Part shown: positions 1 through 9,165 of the stretch, one piece after another
How the letters are laid out: each line of letters opens with the position of its first letter
Numbering within the stretch: position 1 is the first letter of the stretch
Origin: Candidatus Omnitrophota bacterium
GTDB taxonomy: Bacteria > Omnitrophota > Gorgyraeia > JABMRN01 > RBG-13-46-9
NCBI GenBank assembly: GCA_016782425.1
Contig: JADHYN010000002.1
Location: 40,807-104,806 of the forward strand
Reading direction: 5' to 3'
DNA: 64,000 bases
Translations under genes and position numbers: made by a program
Notes under the pieces: model-generated
The model's input: the letters and a program-made list of their open reading frames with translations, nothing else
Database searches by the model: none
What the model was told of the DNA's origin: nothing

Positions 1-353
1 TTCGGGGGCCTGCCGGAAGTCGGAGAAAGCTTCCAAATGTTATATTGTTTTTTGTAACGTTTCTTTATATCCTTTATGCACAATCCCTGCCAGACACCGT
101 GATTAAGTTCGTTAAGTTCGTTTAATTTTTTGATTTTGATATTATGAGGTATTGCTATTTCTCTGGCTGTTGAGACGCTGCAGGATACAGGGCTTGAATA
201 GATATTGTCAATTTTGAATTTTGAAAGCTCCACAGAAATTTTCTGCGCCTCTTTTTCACCTTCGGCGTTTAGGGGTATATCGAGCGCGCCCTGAACCCTC
301 TTTTCCCTGTCCCAGTTTGTCTGTCCGTGTCTTATAAGTATCAACTGTGCCAT
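1..353 (-). CDS. histidine phosphatase (phosphoglycerate-mutase-like) family protein, N-terminal part only; runs off the left edge
   Basis: Own translation of the minus strand from ATG at 353 gives MAQLILIRHGQTNWDREKRVQGALDIPLNAEGEKEAQK..., with the RHG catalytic motif. It is absent from the ORF track because there is no stop in the window. Confidence 0.7.
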   Translation of the reverse strand, partial: MAQLILIRHGQTNWDREKRVQGALDIPLNAEGEKEAQKISVELSKFKIDNIYSSPVSCSVSTAREIAIPHNIKIKKLNELNELNHGVWQGLCIKDIKKRYKKQYNIWKLSPTSGRPP

Positions 354-355
354 TT

Positions 356-1831
356 CTAAATCTTTAAAGCGAATTTCTCTCCGAAATCAATAAGCTTGAG
401 TGCTTCTTTCTCGTTGCGTCCTTCAGAATATATGCGCAACTTCGGTTCGGTACCGGAGGGCCTCAGCATGAGCCAGCTTCCGTTGGAACGCATGAATTTG
501 AAACCGTCGAACGACTTTACATTAACTACGTGCATGCCAAGGATTTTTTTAAACGGTCGTGTCCCTAATTTTGCTACCAGGCGTTTCTTTTTACCCGACG
601 AAAGGGGCAGGTCATGGCGTTTATAAACATAGGTGCCATACATTTTATTTATGTCTTCTACAATTTTTGCGAGGGGCTTCTTTCTTGAGGCTATCATCTC
701 TAAAATGAGTAGCCCCGATACTATGGCGTCTCTTTCCGGTAACCAGTTCTTGACCGCAACGCCTCCTGTTTCTTCCCCGCCTACTAATATGTCCTCTTTT
801 TTAATGATTTCAGCTATGTATTTAAAGCCGACGGATGTTTCGTAGGTTTTAAGACGGTACCTCTTGCATATCTTGTCTATTAACGCGGTACCGCAAATAG
901 TCTGAACAACGCCGCCCTTCAGGCCTCTGTCCTCAAAAAGATAGAGTAAAAGCAGTGTCATGACCTTGTGCCCGCTCAAAACTTTTCCGGTTGCAAGTAT
1001 TATGCCGAGTCTGTCAGCGTCTCCGTCGGTAACCAGGCCGATGTCAAAACGGCCTTTTTTGACGGCTGCTGCCGTCTCTTTCAAAAGCCGCTCATTGGGC
1101 TCGGGTGCTCTTCCGCCGAAATATGGATCTCTTGTACCGTTTATCGTGGTAACTTTATTACCCGTGCCTTTGAGTACCTCTTCTAGGTATTTCGCACCTG
1201 CTCCGTTCATGCTGTCTACTAAAACTTTTAATTTTGCTTTTTTCAAGAGTGCCATATCTGCATATTTTTTCGCGTATTTAAGGTGGAGCGGAATGATGTT
1301 CTCGAATTTTATAAGCCCTTTCTTTGTGGCTACTTCTTTGTCCATAAATTTTACTTTTGATTTGTATAGCCTGGATTCCATGAAGTCCGTCGCCTTCTTA
1401 CCAGCAGAACCTCCAAAGCACCCTTTGTATTTTATGCCGTTATACTGCGCCGGGTTGTGGCTTGCCGTGACCATAACCCCGCCGATAAGTTTTTTGTGTT
1501 TTATCTTGAAACTTACAGACGGTGTAGGTGTGGGTCTATCCGCCAAAATCACTTTTATGCCGTTTGCGGCAAATACGCAGGAGATGAGTTCTGCATACCT
1601 CTCCGATAAGAAGCGTGTGTCGTAACCGACAACGACGGTAAATTTTCTTCCGTAAAACTCGTATTTTTTATTTTTGATTTTTTCCGCCCGAGGCGGATCC
1701 GCCTTTGGCGGAGATTTTTGATTTTTAATGTAGTCCGCTATCGCCTGCGCGACAATTTCAACATTTTCAAAAGTAAAGTCCTCGCTTATAACGGCTCTCC
1801 ATCCGTCTGTCCCGAATTTAATTTTGTCCAT
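356..1831 (-). CDS. phosphoglucomutase/phosphomannomutase family protein
   Basis: GTDGWRA N-terminus, active-site loop TASHNPAQYNGIK, and Mg site DGDADR. Start moved to ATG 1831 (MDKIKFGTDGWR) behind a GAAGGGGG SD; the track start at 1846 is a TTG. Confidence 0.9.
   Translation of the reverse strand: MDKIKFGTDGWRAVISEDFTFENVEIVAQAIADYIKNQKSPPKADPPRAEKIKNKKYEFYGRKFTVVVGYDTRFLSERYAELISCVFAANGIKVILADRPTPTPSVSFKIKHKKLIGGVMVTASHNPAQYNGIKYKGCFGGSAGKKATDFMESRLYKSKVKFMDKEVATKKGLIKFENIIPLHLKYAKKYADMALLKKAKLKVLVDSMNGAGAKYLEEVLKGTGNKVTTINGTRDPYFGGRAPEPNERLLKETAAAVKKGRFDIGLVTDGDADRLGIILATGKVLSGHKVMTLLLLYLFEDRGLKGGVVQTICGTALIDKICKRYRLKTYETSVGFKYIAEIIKKEDILVGGEETGGVAVKNWLPERDAIVSGLLILEMIASRKKPLAKIVEDINKMYGTYVYKRHDLPLSSGKKKRLVAKLGTRPFKKILGMHVVNVKSFDGFKFMRSNGSWLMLRPSGTEPKLRIYSEGRNEKEALKLIDFGEKFALKI
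1662..1726. repeat. heptamer-flanked double CCGCC-N3-GGCGG hairpin element, in-frame inside the phosphohexomutase CDS
   Basis: Reads (TATTTTT)2 GATTTTT T CCGCC CGA GGCGG AT CCGCC TTT GGCGG A (GATTTTT)2. A sister copy lies at 12227-12269. Confidence 0.8.
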
Positions 1832-1890
1832 GTTTACCCCCTTCAATGAGACTTGTACTTATGAAAATTTCTTTGAACTTCTTCTGTGAA

Positions 1891-1921
1891 CCCCGTTAGA
1901 AATATCTTATTTCTAACGGGG
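1891..1921. repeat. perfect 13-bp-stem hairpin CCCCGTTAGAAAT-atctt-ATTTCTAACGGGG (member of a repeat family)
   Basis: Read directly. The same arms recur at 19635-19646, 19738-19767 and 19789-19800, with a variant at 59061-59110. No T-run follows on either strand here. Confidence 0.8.
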
Positions 1922-1939
1922 TGAAGGAACGAATTGAAT

Positions 1940-2992
1940 TTACCGTTTGGTTGTCATTACCGAATATACCCTTGATATATCCTCAATTGTAGCTACGGCT
2001 ATTACAGCATTGTTTTTTACCACGGGGAGCGCTCTCATGTCGTTATCCTGCATTAAATTTTGGGCTTTATCTAACGAATCGGACTCCCTCAAAACGGGAA
2101 TATTTTTCCTCATGATATCAGAAACAGGCGCTGACATACCGCGCTGATGTATCCCGCCTATGATGTCCTTGCGCGTGACAAAACCGATCATCTGCCCGCC
2201 TTCAATAATAGGAAAGTCCTCCTGGTGGCTATGAAAAATAAGTTCCAGCACCTTTGATAGCGTCGCCGTCTTTTCTAACGTAAGAAACTGAGAAGATACG
2301 ATGTCCTTAATAGTAAATTTTTTTAATGTCTCCTTGATATCCACCTGCAGTTCTTCTGAAGAGGCTGCCATGTAAATAAATACCGCTATGACAATGAGAA
2401 TTATATGTCCGTGGATAAGGCCTATGTATCCAAATAGAAGCGCAAAAACGTGGCCGAAATTTACGGCTATTCTTGTGGCTTTTTGAAAACCCATTCTTTG
2501 CGCCAAAATGGACCTCAGGATCCTCCCGCCATCCATTGGAAAAGCCGGTATGAGGTTGAATGCCGCCAGTATCAGATTGATCCAGTATATGTGCGCAATC
2601 GTATGTTTAAAGGTCCTCACCGAAAGCGGGCTAAACAGAATTTCCGGTCCTAATAGATAATATAGAGGGAAGAAAAACACAAGAACAACAGTTATGTTCA
2701 AGAGCGGCCCTGCCAGCGATATCAGAAATTCCTGATAGGGTTTATCCGGTATTTTGCTCATTGACGCAACACCGCCGATTGGAAGAAGCGTGATCTCCTT
2801 GACCTGAATGCCGAATTTCTTCGCCACAAGGCTGTGGGCAAGTTCGTGTAGAACAACAAAAAAGAATATCGCCACAATAAGAAAAAGCCATTTGAGCCCC
2901 AATCCCAAGACGAGAAACAAAAGGAGAAAGAATGTAATATGAACTTTTATTGATATGCCGGCAATTTCAAATAACTTTATTGATCTTCTCAT
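1940..2992 (-). CDS. site-2 protease (M50 family) with C-terminal CBS pair
   Basis: HELAHS (HExxH) within hydrophobic helices, several TM segments, NLIPAFPMDGG second motif, and C-terminal CBS-like repeats. Confidence 0.85.
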   Translation of the reverse strand: MRRSIKLFEIAGISIKVHITFFLLLFLVLGLGLKWLFLIVAIFFFVVLHELAHSLVAKKFGIQVKEITLLPIGGVASMSKIPDKPYQEFLISLAGPLLNITVVLVFFFPLYYLLGPEILFSPLSVRTFKHTIAHIYWINLILAAFNLIPAFPMDGGRILRSILAQRMGFQKATRIAVNFGHVFALLFGYIGLIHGHIILIVIAVFIYMAASSEELQVDIKETLKKFTIKDIVSSQFLTLEKTATLSKVLELIFHSHQEDFPIIEGGQMIGFVTRKDIIGGIHQRGMSAPVSDIMRKNIPVLRESDSLDKAQNLMQDNDMRALPVVKNNAVIAVATIEDISRVYSVMTTKR

Positions 2993-4257
2993 AAGGTTAG
3001 TGCCTTTTTTAGTCTATTTTTATCGCTTGCGTTTATTGGCCCGATCGCCGCAAAATTCAGATTTTTCTTATTGAAAATCATATTTGCTATCCTTTTTATA
3101 TCAAGGACGCTTACCTTCTCTACATTCTTAAATATTTCCCTGACCGACGGCGCTTTCTCTTCTGAGGTTATCCTCTCACCCAGCCACAGCATCCTTGCAG
3201 TCGTGTCCTCCAGTGCAAGAAGAAGCTGGCCTCTTATATATTCTTTCGCGCGATACAATTCGTCGGGGGTAACAAAGTTGTTTTTTATATTTTTGAGCTC
3301 GTGGATGATCTCCGTCGAGGCTTCTAGGAATTTGTTCTTGCCGATGCCGGCGTGCACGACAAAAGCACCTGTCTCCTTATATTTTTTTACGCTTGAGGAT
3401 ATGTCATAGCATAACGGTTTTTTCTCCCGGAGTCTCTCAAAAAGTCGCGACGACATGTTGCCGCCGAGAATAATGTTTAAAAGCGCAATGGCGTATCTCA
3501 TTTTATGAGTCCGGTTTATGCTGTGGAGACCAAAGGCTACATGTATCTGTTCTGCACGTTTGTATAAAAGTCTGATGTTTTTTTTCCTTTTTGTCTTTTT
3601 GGCTGGGTGGTAGGCGAAATTTTTTCTTGCCGAAGGCATGAAAAAAGTACCTTTGGCAAATTTGAGAGTTTTTTTGCTATCAACTTTACCTGTTACCACG
3701 ATAGACATGTTGGCGGGTTGGTAATACCGGTCTTTAAAATCGGCGAGATCCCCTCTTTTGAAATTTTTTACGGTATTTATATATCCTGCAATGGGGCGGC
3801 CTAACGCGTGATCCGGCCACATTGTCTCTGCAAGGATATCAAATACGTGATGGGACGGCTGGTCGATATACATCTTTATCTCTTCCGAGATAACACGTTT
3901 TTCTTTCTCCAATTCGGCGGGGTCTAGTTGCGGATTTAATACCATATCACTCAGTATATCAAGACCGAGCCCCAAGTACTTAGACGGCAATTTAACGAGA
4001 TAACATGTTACTTCCTCGCTTGTAAAACCGTTAAAGCTACCGCCTACCCCTTCTATTGCTTCTTTCAGGGCGTCTCTTGTCCTTGAATAAGTGCCTTTAA
4101 ATAACATGTGTTCCAGGAGATGGCTCATGCCGCAAAACTTACTATCTTCGTATCTTCCCCCCACGCCGATCCATACGCCTATGGAGACCGAATCCATGTG
4201 CGGCATGTTTGATGTTATAATCTTTAATCCGTTCTTTAGAACTTCTTTCCTATACAT
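2989..4257 (-). CDS. M16 (pitrilysin) family zinc peptidase
   Basis: HLLEHMLFKG is the inverted zinc motif HxxEH. The 422-aa two-lobe length fits the family. 4-nt overlap with the next gene. Confidence 0.85.
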   Translation of the reverse strand: MYRKEVLKNGLKIITSNMPHMDSVSIGVWIGVGGRYEDSKFCGMSHLLEHMLFKGTYSRTRDALKEAIEGVGGSFNGFTSEEVTCYLVKLPSKYLGLGLDILSDMVLNPQLDPAELEKEKRVISEEIKMYIDQPSHHVFDILAETMWPDHALGRPIAGYINTVKNFKRGDLADFKDRYYQPANMSIVVTGKVDSKKTLKFAKGTFFMPSARKNFAYHPAKKTKRKKNIRLLYKRAEQIHVAFGLHSINRTHKMRYAIALLNIILGGNMSSRLFERLREKKPLCYDISSSVKKYKETGAFVVHAGIGKNKFLEASTEIIHELKNIKNNFVTPDELYRAKEYIRGQLLLALEDTTARMLWLGERITSEEKAPSVREIFKNVEKVSVLDIKRIANMIFNKKNLNFAAIGPINASDKNRLKKALTL

Positions 4258-4259
4258 GT

Positions 4260-4301
4260 TACCTGTTACCTGCTACCTGCTACCTGCTACCTGTTACCTG
4301 C
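4260..4301. repeat. tandem heptamer array (TACCTGY)x6
   Basis: Read directly. It fills the ruvX-stop/M16-start spacer and contains the ruvX stop codon (TAG on the minus strand). Confidence 0.9.
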
Positions 4302-4706
4302 CTGTGCGTTCAAATAGCTTTGCAGTATGACCTGTGCGGCGAGTTTATCAATTTTCTTCTTTCTCTTACTCCTCGAAGTGCCGGCATCGATCATGATCCG
4401 CTCAACTTGCATCGTGCTCATTCTTTCATCCCACAGTTTTATGGGAATATCAAATCTTTGTTTAAGTGTATCTGTAAAAGAAATTGCATCCTTGGCCTGG
4501 GGACCGTATGAGCCGTTCATGTTAAGCGGAAGGCCCACCACGATTTCTTTAACTGCTTCTTTTGATACGATCTTCCTTAGCTCTTCAAAAAGATCTTCGT
4601 CTTTTTGCCTTTCAAGGATCGATAATCCTTGCGCAGTAATGCCGAGCGCATCGCTTATTGCTACGCCTATTCTTTTGGATCCCATATCAATACCCAGTAT
4701 CTTCAT
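4287..4706 (-). CDS. ruvX: Holliday junction resolvase-like protein RuvX/YqgF
   Basis: 139 aa; MKILGIDMGSKRIGVAISD N-terminus typical of the YqgF family. Confidence 0.9.
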   Translation of the reverse strand: MKILGIDMGSKRIGVAISDALGITAQGLSILERQKDEDLFEELRKIVSKEAVKEIVVGLPLNMNGSYGPQAKDAISFTDTLKQRFDIPIKLWDERMSTMQVERIMIDAGTSRSKRKKKIDKLAAQVILQSYLNAQAGNR

Positions 4707-4707
4707 T

Positions 4708-5739
4708 TTAACTTTTTTCTAAACCGGCTACGAGTTTCTTAACACTTTCGGCGTTTTTCTTATCGCATACAAGTGTACCGTTCCGGGTGTGTACTACTAT
4801 TACATTCTCAAGTCCCACTACGCCCAGGGCGTCTTTTCCGGAATTATATATAATAGAATCACTGGTATCCATCAAAACTGTTTTACCAAAACAGATATTG
4901 CCTTTTCTGTCTTTTTTGAAGAGCTCTTTTACGCTCTTCCAGCTTCCCAGATCGCACCATGGGAAGTCCCCTTTTATGCAATAAAGATTTTTTGCTTTTT
5001 CCATGATCTGGTAATCTATTGATACGTCTTTCATGCGCGAATATGCTTTTCTTTTATCGCGTTTATTCTTTTTTATCCGCAGGAGCTCTCTGTGTAAAAG
5101 AGGGGTGTATCTTCTCATTGCCTCCAGAATGTCTTCTGCCCTAAAAATAAATATGCCCGCGTTCCAGAGATAATTAGGGCTTTTTACGAGCCTGGCTGCT
5201 ACTTTTGCCTTCGGTTTTTCTATAAATTTTGCTATTGAGTAAATCCTGCCGCGCTTTCGGGATCTTAAGTGTATATAGCCGTATGCCGTGCTTGGCTCTT
5301 TAGGTTTTATGCCGATGCACAACAACGCGTTTTTTGTATTGCTTACGAAATCTACGCCGCTTTTTATGAGTTTCCTAAAAGCTTTTGATTCGTTTATCAA
5401 GGCATCCGTGGGTAGCACCACCATTATATCTTCCGGATTGCGCTCGATTGCCGCAAGGCCAATGGCGCTTGCAGTACTCCTGCCGAAGGGTTCTGCTAAA
5501 ATATTTCGTCCTGGAATGCCCTTCGTAAATCTTCTTAACAGTCCTTCTTGCGCTTTATCGACTACGACGATTATGTTTTTTCTTTTTATTAATCCGCCAA
5601 GCCTCTCAACGGTCTCTATGAAAAGTGGTTTTCTTTTTCCTATCCTTATGAAGGATTTGGAAAGTTTTTTTGTCGACAGCGGCCAGAGTCGCGTGCCTTT
5701 CCCGCCAGCCAATAGGCATGCATAAACGTTCTTTTTCAT
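4708..5739 (-). CDS. mannose-1-phosphate guanylyltransferase (sugar nucleotidyltransferase)
   Basis: LAGGKGTRLWPLS nucleotidyltransferase motif. The 343-aa length fits GDP-mannose pyrophosphorylase without a PMI domain. Confidence 0.75.
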   Translation of the reverse strand: MKKNVYACLLAGGKGTRLWPLSTKKLSKSFIRIGKRKPLFIETVERLGGLIKRKNIIVVVDKAQEGLLRRFTKGIPGRNILAEPFGRSTASAIGLAAIERNPEDIMVVLPTDALINESKAFRKLIKSGVDFVSNTKNALLCIGIKPKEPSTAYGYIHLRSRKRGRIYSIAKFIEKPKAKVAARLVKSPNYLWNAGIFIFRAEDILEAMRRYTPLLHRELLRIKKNKRDKRKAYSRMKDVSIDYQIMEKAKNLYCIKGDFPWCDLGSWKSVKELFKKDRKGNICFGKTVLMDTSDSIIYNSGKDALGVVGLENVIVVHTRNGTLVCDKKNAESVKKLVAGLEKS

Positions 5740-6548
5740 TTTCCGTCAATTCCTTTCCTTAAACTATTCGTAAATTTGGAAACTTTTTTATACAAATCCT
5801 TGCTTTTTGCATTCTCTTCAATAACTTTAATAACGGCGCTTCCGACAATAACGCCGTCTGCAAGATGCGATATTCTTCTTGCCTGTTTCGGGTTCGAAAC
5901 ACCGAATCCGACACAAACGGGTTTTTTTGTGATTTTTTTAAGTCTTTTGACGTTTTTAATTATATCGCTTGGTAGCCTTGTTCTCGTGCCTGTTACGCCT
6001 GTCAGGGAAACATAGTAAATAAACCCCCTGCTTTTTGCTGCTATATTTTTGAGCCTCTTTTTCGTGCTTGTCGGCGCTGCTAAAAAAACGGTTGCGAAAT
6101 CTCTTTTCTTGGCGGCACCTATAAGTTCCTTTGCTTCTTCCGGCGGTAGATCCGGGACGATAACGCCATCGACACCTGCATTTTTGGAGTCCTTAACAAA
6201 ATTTTTTATGCCGTAATGAGAAACGAGGTTATAATACGTCATAAATACGAGGGGTAGCTTAACCTTTTTTCTTACCGAGTGCACCATTTGCAAAATAGAT
6301 TTTATGTTGGCGCCGCTTAGAATTGCCCTCTGGGATGCCCTTTGTATTGTAGGGCCATCAGCGAGGGGGTCAGAAAACGGTATGCCAAGCTCGACCAAAT
6401 CCACCCCGTTTTTTTCAAGTTCCGCGACAAGCTTTCCTGTCTTTTTAAGATCCGGATCGCCTGCTGTTATGTAAACTATGAATGCTTTTTTACGCTGTTT
6501 TTTTAGTTTCGTGAATAATTTATCTATTCTGTTCATTTTAGTCCTCAT
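5736..6548 (-). CDS. trpA: tryptophan synthase alpha chain
   Basis: [15 protein letters not shown] motif; position after trpB with a 4-nt overlap. Confidence 0.9.
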   Translation of the reverse strand: MRTKMNRIDKLFTKLKKQRKKAFIVYITAGDPDLKKTGKLVAELEKNGVDLVELGIPFSDPLADGPTIQRASQRAILSGANIKSILQMVHSVRKKVKLPLVFMTYYNLVSHYGIKNFVKDSKNAGVDGVIVPDLPPEEAKELIGAAKKRDFATVFLAAPTSTKKRLKNIAAKSRGFIYYVSLTGVTGTRTRLPSDIIKNVKRLKKITKKPVCVGFGVSNPKQARRISHLADGVIVGSAVIKVIEENAKSKDLYKKVSKFTNSLRKGIDGK

Positions 6549-7744
6549 TCGAACTTTATATGTTCCTTAACAATATCTATATCCTTATCGCCCCGTCCTG
6601 ACAGGCAAAGAATGACTATCTTATCTTTCTGCAATCTAGGCGCCAGTTTCAACAGATGATATATTGCGTGTGACGGCTCCAGCGCCGGAATAATACCCTC
6701 GTATTCGGACAGGAGCCTGAATCCGCGAAGGGCGTCTCTATCCGTAACAGCAAAATATTTAGCTCTCTTGATATGCTTATAGTAAGAATGTTCCGGCCCG
6801 ACGCCTGGGTAATCAAGGCCCGCTGAAATAGAATGGGCGATGTTAATCTGGCCGTCTCTATCCTGCAACAGGCAACTTCTCGATCCATGCAGGACTCCCA
6901 CTTCTCCCTTAAGTAGCGCTGCTGCGTGTTTTTTCGTTGCAATCCCGGAACCGCCTGCTTCCACGCCGATAAATTTCACTTTTTTATCATTAAAAAACGG
7001 ATGAAACAGCCCGATGGAATTGCTACCGCCGCCGACACATGCAACGAGATAGTCGGGAAGCCTTTTTTCCATTTTTAGAATCTGGGACTTTGCCTCTTTT
7101 CCGATTACAGATTGAAACTCCCTGACCATAAAGGGATACGGATGAGGGCCTACTACTGAACCCAGGACATAATGCGTATCTCTCACATTGGTAACCCAGT
7201 CTCTTATTGCTTCATTCGTGGCGTCTTTTAATGTTTGTGAACCACCCTCAACCGGGATAACCCGCGCTCCCATAAGCTTCATCCTGTAGACATTCAGGGA
7301 TTGCCGTTTTATATCTTCGGTGCCCATATATATATCACAGACAAATCCGAACATCGCAGCTACCGTAGCTGTTGCTACGCCGTGCTGGCCTGCTCCGGTT
7401 TCCGCGATGAGACGGCGCTTACCCATTTTCTTCGCAAGAAGCGCCTGTCCTATGGTATTGTTTATTTTATGCGCGCCGGTATGAGCGAGGTCTTCGCGTT
7501 TTAGATAAATCTTGGCGCCTTTTAATTTCTTTGTAAGGCGCTCTGCAAAATAGAGAGGCGTGGGTCTTCCTGCGTATTTACTTAAATAATAGCCGAATGC
7601 CTTTTGGAACTTTTTGTCTTTTAACGCTTTCTTTAACTCGTGTTCCAGTTCCTCCAGCGCGTGCATGAGTGTCTCCGGCACGAATTTCCCGCCGAAACCG
7701 CCGAAATAACCGCTTCTCGTCGGTAATTTATATCTTTTTCGCAT
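6545..7744 (-). CDS. trpB: tryptophan synthase beta chain
   Basis: HTGAHKINN (PLP lysine) and GGGSNSIG; 399 aa. Confidence 0.95.
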   Translation of the reverse strand: MRKRYKLPTRSGYFGGFGGKFVPETLMHALEELEHELKKALKDKKFQKAFGYYLSKYAGRPTPLYFAERLTKKLKGAKIYLKREDLAHTGAHKINNTIGQALLAKKMGKRRLIAETGAGQHGVATATVAAMFGFVCDIYMGTEDIKRQSLNVYRMKLMGARVIPVEGGSQTLKDATNEAIRDWVTNVRDTHYVLGSVVGPHPYPFMVREFQSVIGKEAKSQILKMEKRLPDYLVACVGGGSNSIGLFHPFFNDKKVKFIGVEAGGSGIATKKHAAALLKGEVGVLHGSRSCLLQDRDGQINIAHSISAGLDYPGVGPEHSYYKHIKRAKYFAVTDRDALRGFRLLSEYEGIIPALEPSHAIYHLLKLAPRLQKDKIVILCLSGRGDKDIDIVKEHIKFE

Positions 7745-8348
7745 TATCTATGAACTCCTTTAAAAGTTTGTAATCTTTCTTTCCCGGCGATTTCTCGACG
7801 CCGCTCGCCACATCTACAGCGTATGGCGATATCTTGCTTATTGCCGCTCTTACGTTTTCAGGCATGAGCCCACCTGCTATAAAAACGGGCTTTTTAAAAA
7901 CCTTTCCTTTTAAAATATCCCAGTTAAAGCTTTTCCCTGTTCCGCCGGGGGTACCCTTCACGTATGTGTCGAAAAGATAATAGTCCACGTTATCGTATTT
8001 ATCCACATCTTTTATGCTCGTTGCATCTTTCACCTTAAAGGATTTTATTATTTCAAAATCCTTCTTTAGTTTTTTGCAATAAGCCGGGTCTTCATTCCCG
8101 TGCAGCTGTAGTAGATCGAGATGGCACCTCTTGGCTATGGACCTTACGTTTTCGGGGTCCTGATTTAAAAATAGCCCTACTTTTAGTATATCCTTTGGCA
8201 AATCTTCGATGATAACACGCGCGTCTGCTGGGTCTACTCTCCTTGGGCTTTTCTCAAAAAAAATAAACCCCACAAAATCGGCCCCTAATTCGTGCGCTTT
8301 TAAAGCATCTCTTAAGCCGGTGATACCGCAGATTTTGACCTTTATCAC
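7728..8348 (-). CDS. trpF: phosphoribosylanthranilate isomerase
   Basis: KICGIT N-terminus, 206-aa TIM-barrel length, operon context. Confidence 0.9.
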   Translation of the reverse strand: MIKVKICGITGLRDALKAHELGADFVGFIFFEKSPRRVDPADARVIIEDLPKDILKVGLFLNQDPENVRSIAKRCHLDLLQLHGNEDPAYCKKLKKDFEIIKSFKVKDATSIKDVDKYDNVDYYLFDTYVKGTPGGTGKSFNWDILKGKVFKKPVFIAGGLMPENVRAAISKISPYAVDVASGVEKSPGKKDYKLLKEFIDNAKKI

Positions 8349-8351
8349 AGT

Positions 8352-9128
8352 TTAATACCTGAGAATCTCTCTCATTTTAGCGGCAATATCATCGGTCTCC
8401 ATGAATGCCTCTCCGATCAGGACAGCGTTTATGCCCAAGCTCTTCAAAAACATTACGTCCTCGTATGTCTTTATGCCGCTTTCGGAAACCCTGACCTTGC
8501 CCTCGGGAATAAGCCTTATCAACCTTTGAGTAGTGGAAAGATCCACCTTGAATGTACTGAGTTCTCTATTGTTTATTCCTATGATTGAAGCGCCTGTTTT
8601 TAGGGCTTTCTCAACGTCTTCCTCGTTGTGGACTTCCATTAAAACATCCATGCCTAAATTCTTGGCTATCTTATAAAAACCTGTAAGCTCTGCTTCTGTC
8701 AATATCTGGGCTATGAGGAGGATAGCATCTGCGCCATAATATAGGGATTCGTAAACCTGGTATTCATCTATAATAAAATCCTTGCGAAGAAGCGGAATGG
8801 TAATCTTTCCCTTGATATCTTTAAGCGTTTTTAAGTTTCCTTCGAAAAATCTTTCATCCGTCAAGACAGAAACGGCGCCAGCGCCGTTGGCCTGATACGT
8901 CAGGGCAATTTTTAGCGGATTAAAGTCGCCCCTTATAATACCCCTCGAAGGAGAAGCCTTTTTCAGCTCAGCGATTAAATTTATATGGTGCGGCCGCGCT
9001 ATATTCCGCTTAAAGGCGCTTTTTATATAAATCTTCTTCGCAAGCCCTTTAAGCTTCTGCTCGGGCATCTCAACCCGGGCTCTTTCAATTTCTTTTCTCT
9101 TTTCGTTTATTATCTTTGAGAGTATCAT
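8352..9128 (-). CDS. trpC: indole-3-glycerol phosphate synthase
   Basis: IAELKKASPSRG and IGINNRELSTF motifs. Confidence 0.9.
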   Translation of the reverse strand: MILSKIINEKRKEIERARVEMPEQKLKGLAKKIYIKSAFKRNIARPHHINLIAELKKASPSRGIIRGDFNPLKIALTYQANGAGAVSVLTDERFFEGNLKTLKDIKGKITIPLLRKDFIIDEYQVYESLYYGADAILLIAQILTEAELTGFYKIAKNLGMDVLMEVHNEEDVEKALKTGASIIGINNRELSTFKVDLSTTQRLIRLIPEGKVRVSESGIKTYEDVMFLKSLGINAVLIGEAFMETDDIAAKMREILRY

Positions 9129-9130
9129 AA

Positions 9131-9165
9131 TAACAGCTATAAGCTATACGCTTTAAGTTTTAAGC
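9131..9165. repeat. tandem heptamer array TAACAGC TATAAGC TATACGC TTTAAGT TTTAAGC
   Basis: Read directly. It fills the trpD-stop/trpC-start spacer and contains the trpD stop codon. Unit family AAGYTNT, as at 32334-32368 and 32720-32754. Confidence 0.8.

Noticed and set aside
960-1625. Other long antisense ORFs (960-1625, 9664-10284, 33452-33985, 37617-38156, 41692-42273, 42895-43410, 55021-55677, 57797-58411, 59369-59866)
   Set aside because: Each is fully nested opposite a confidently identified gene. Each encodes a Ser/Phe/Leu-rich sequence without motifs and lacks an SD.
4260-4301. Heptamer arrays considered as CRISPR-like or minisatellite loci
   Set aside because: The units are 7 bp and contiguous, with no spacers and no cas genes. 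They are short tandem repeats, not CRISPR.
6649-6942. 97-aa same-strand ORF nested in trpB, plus the small ORFs 20023-20205 and 20304-20552 nested in htrA
   Set aside because: They are alternative frames of strongly supported genes, with no independent signals.
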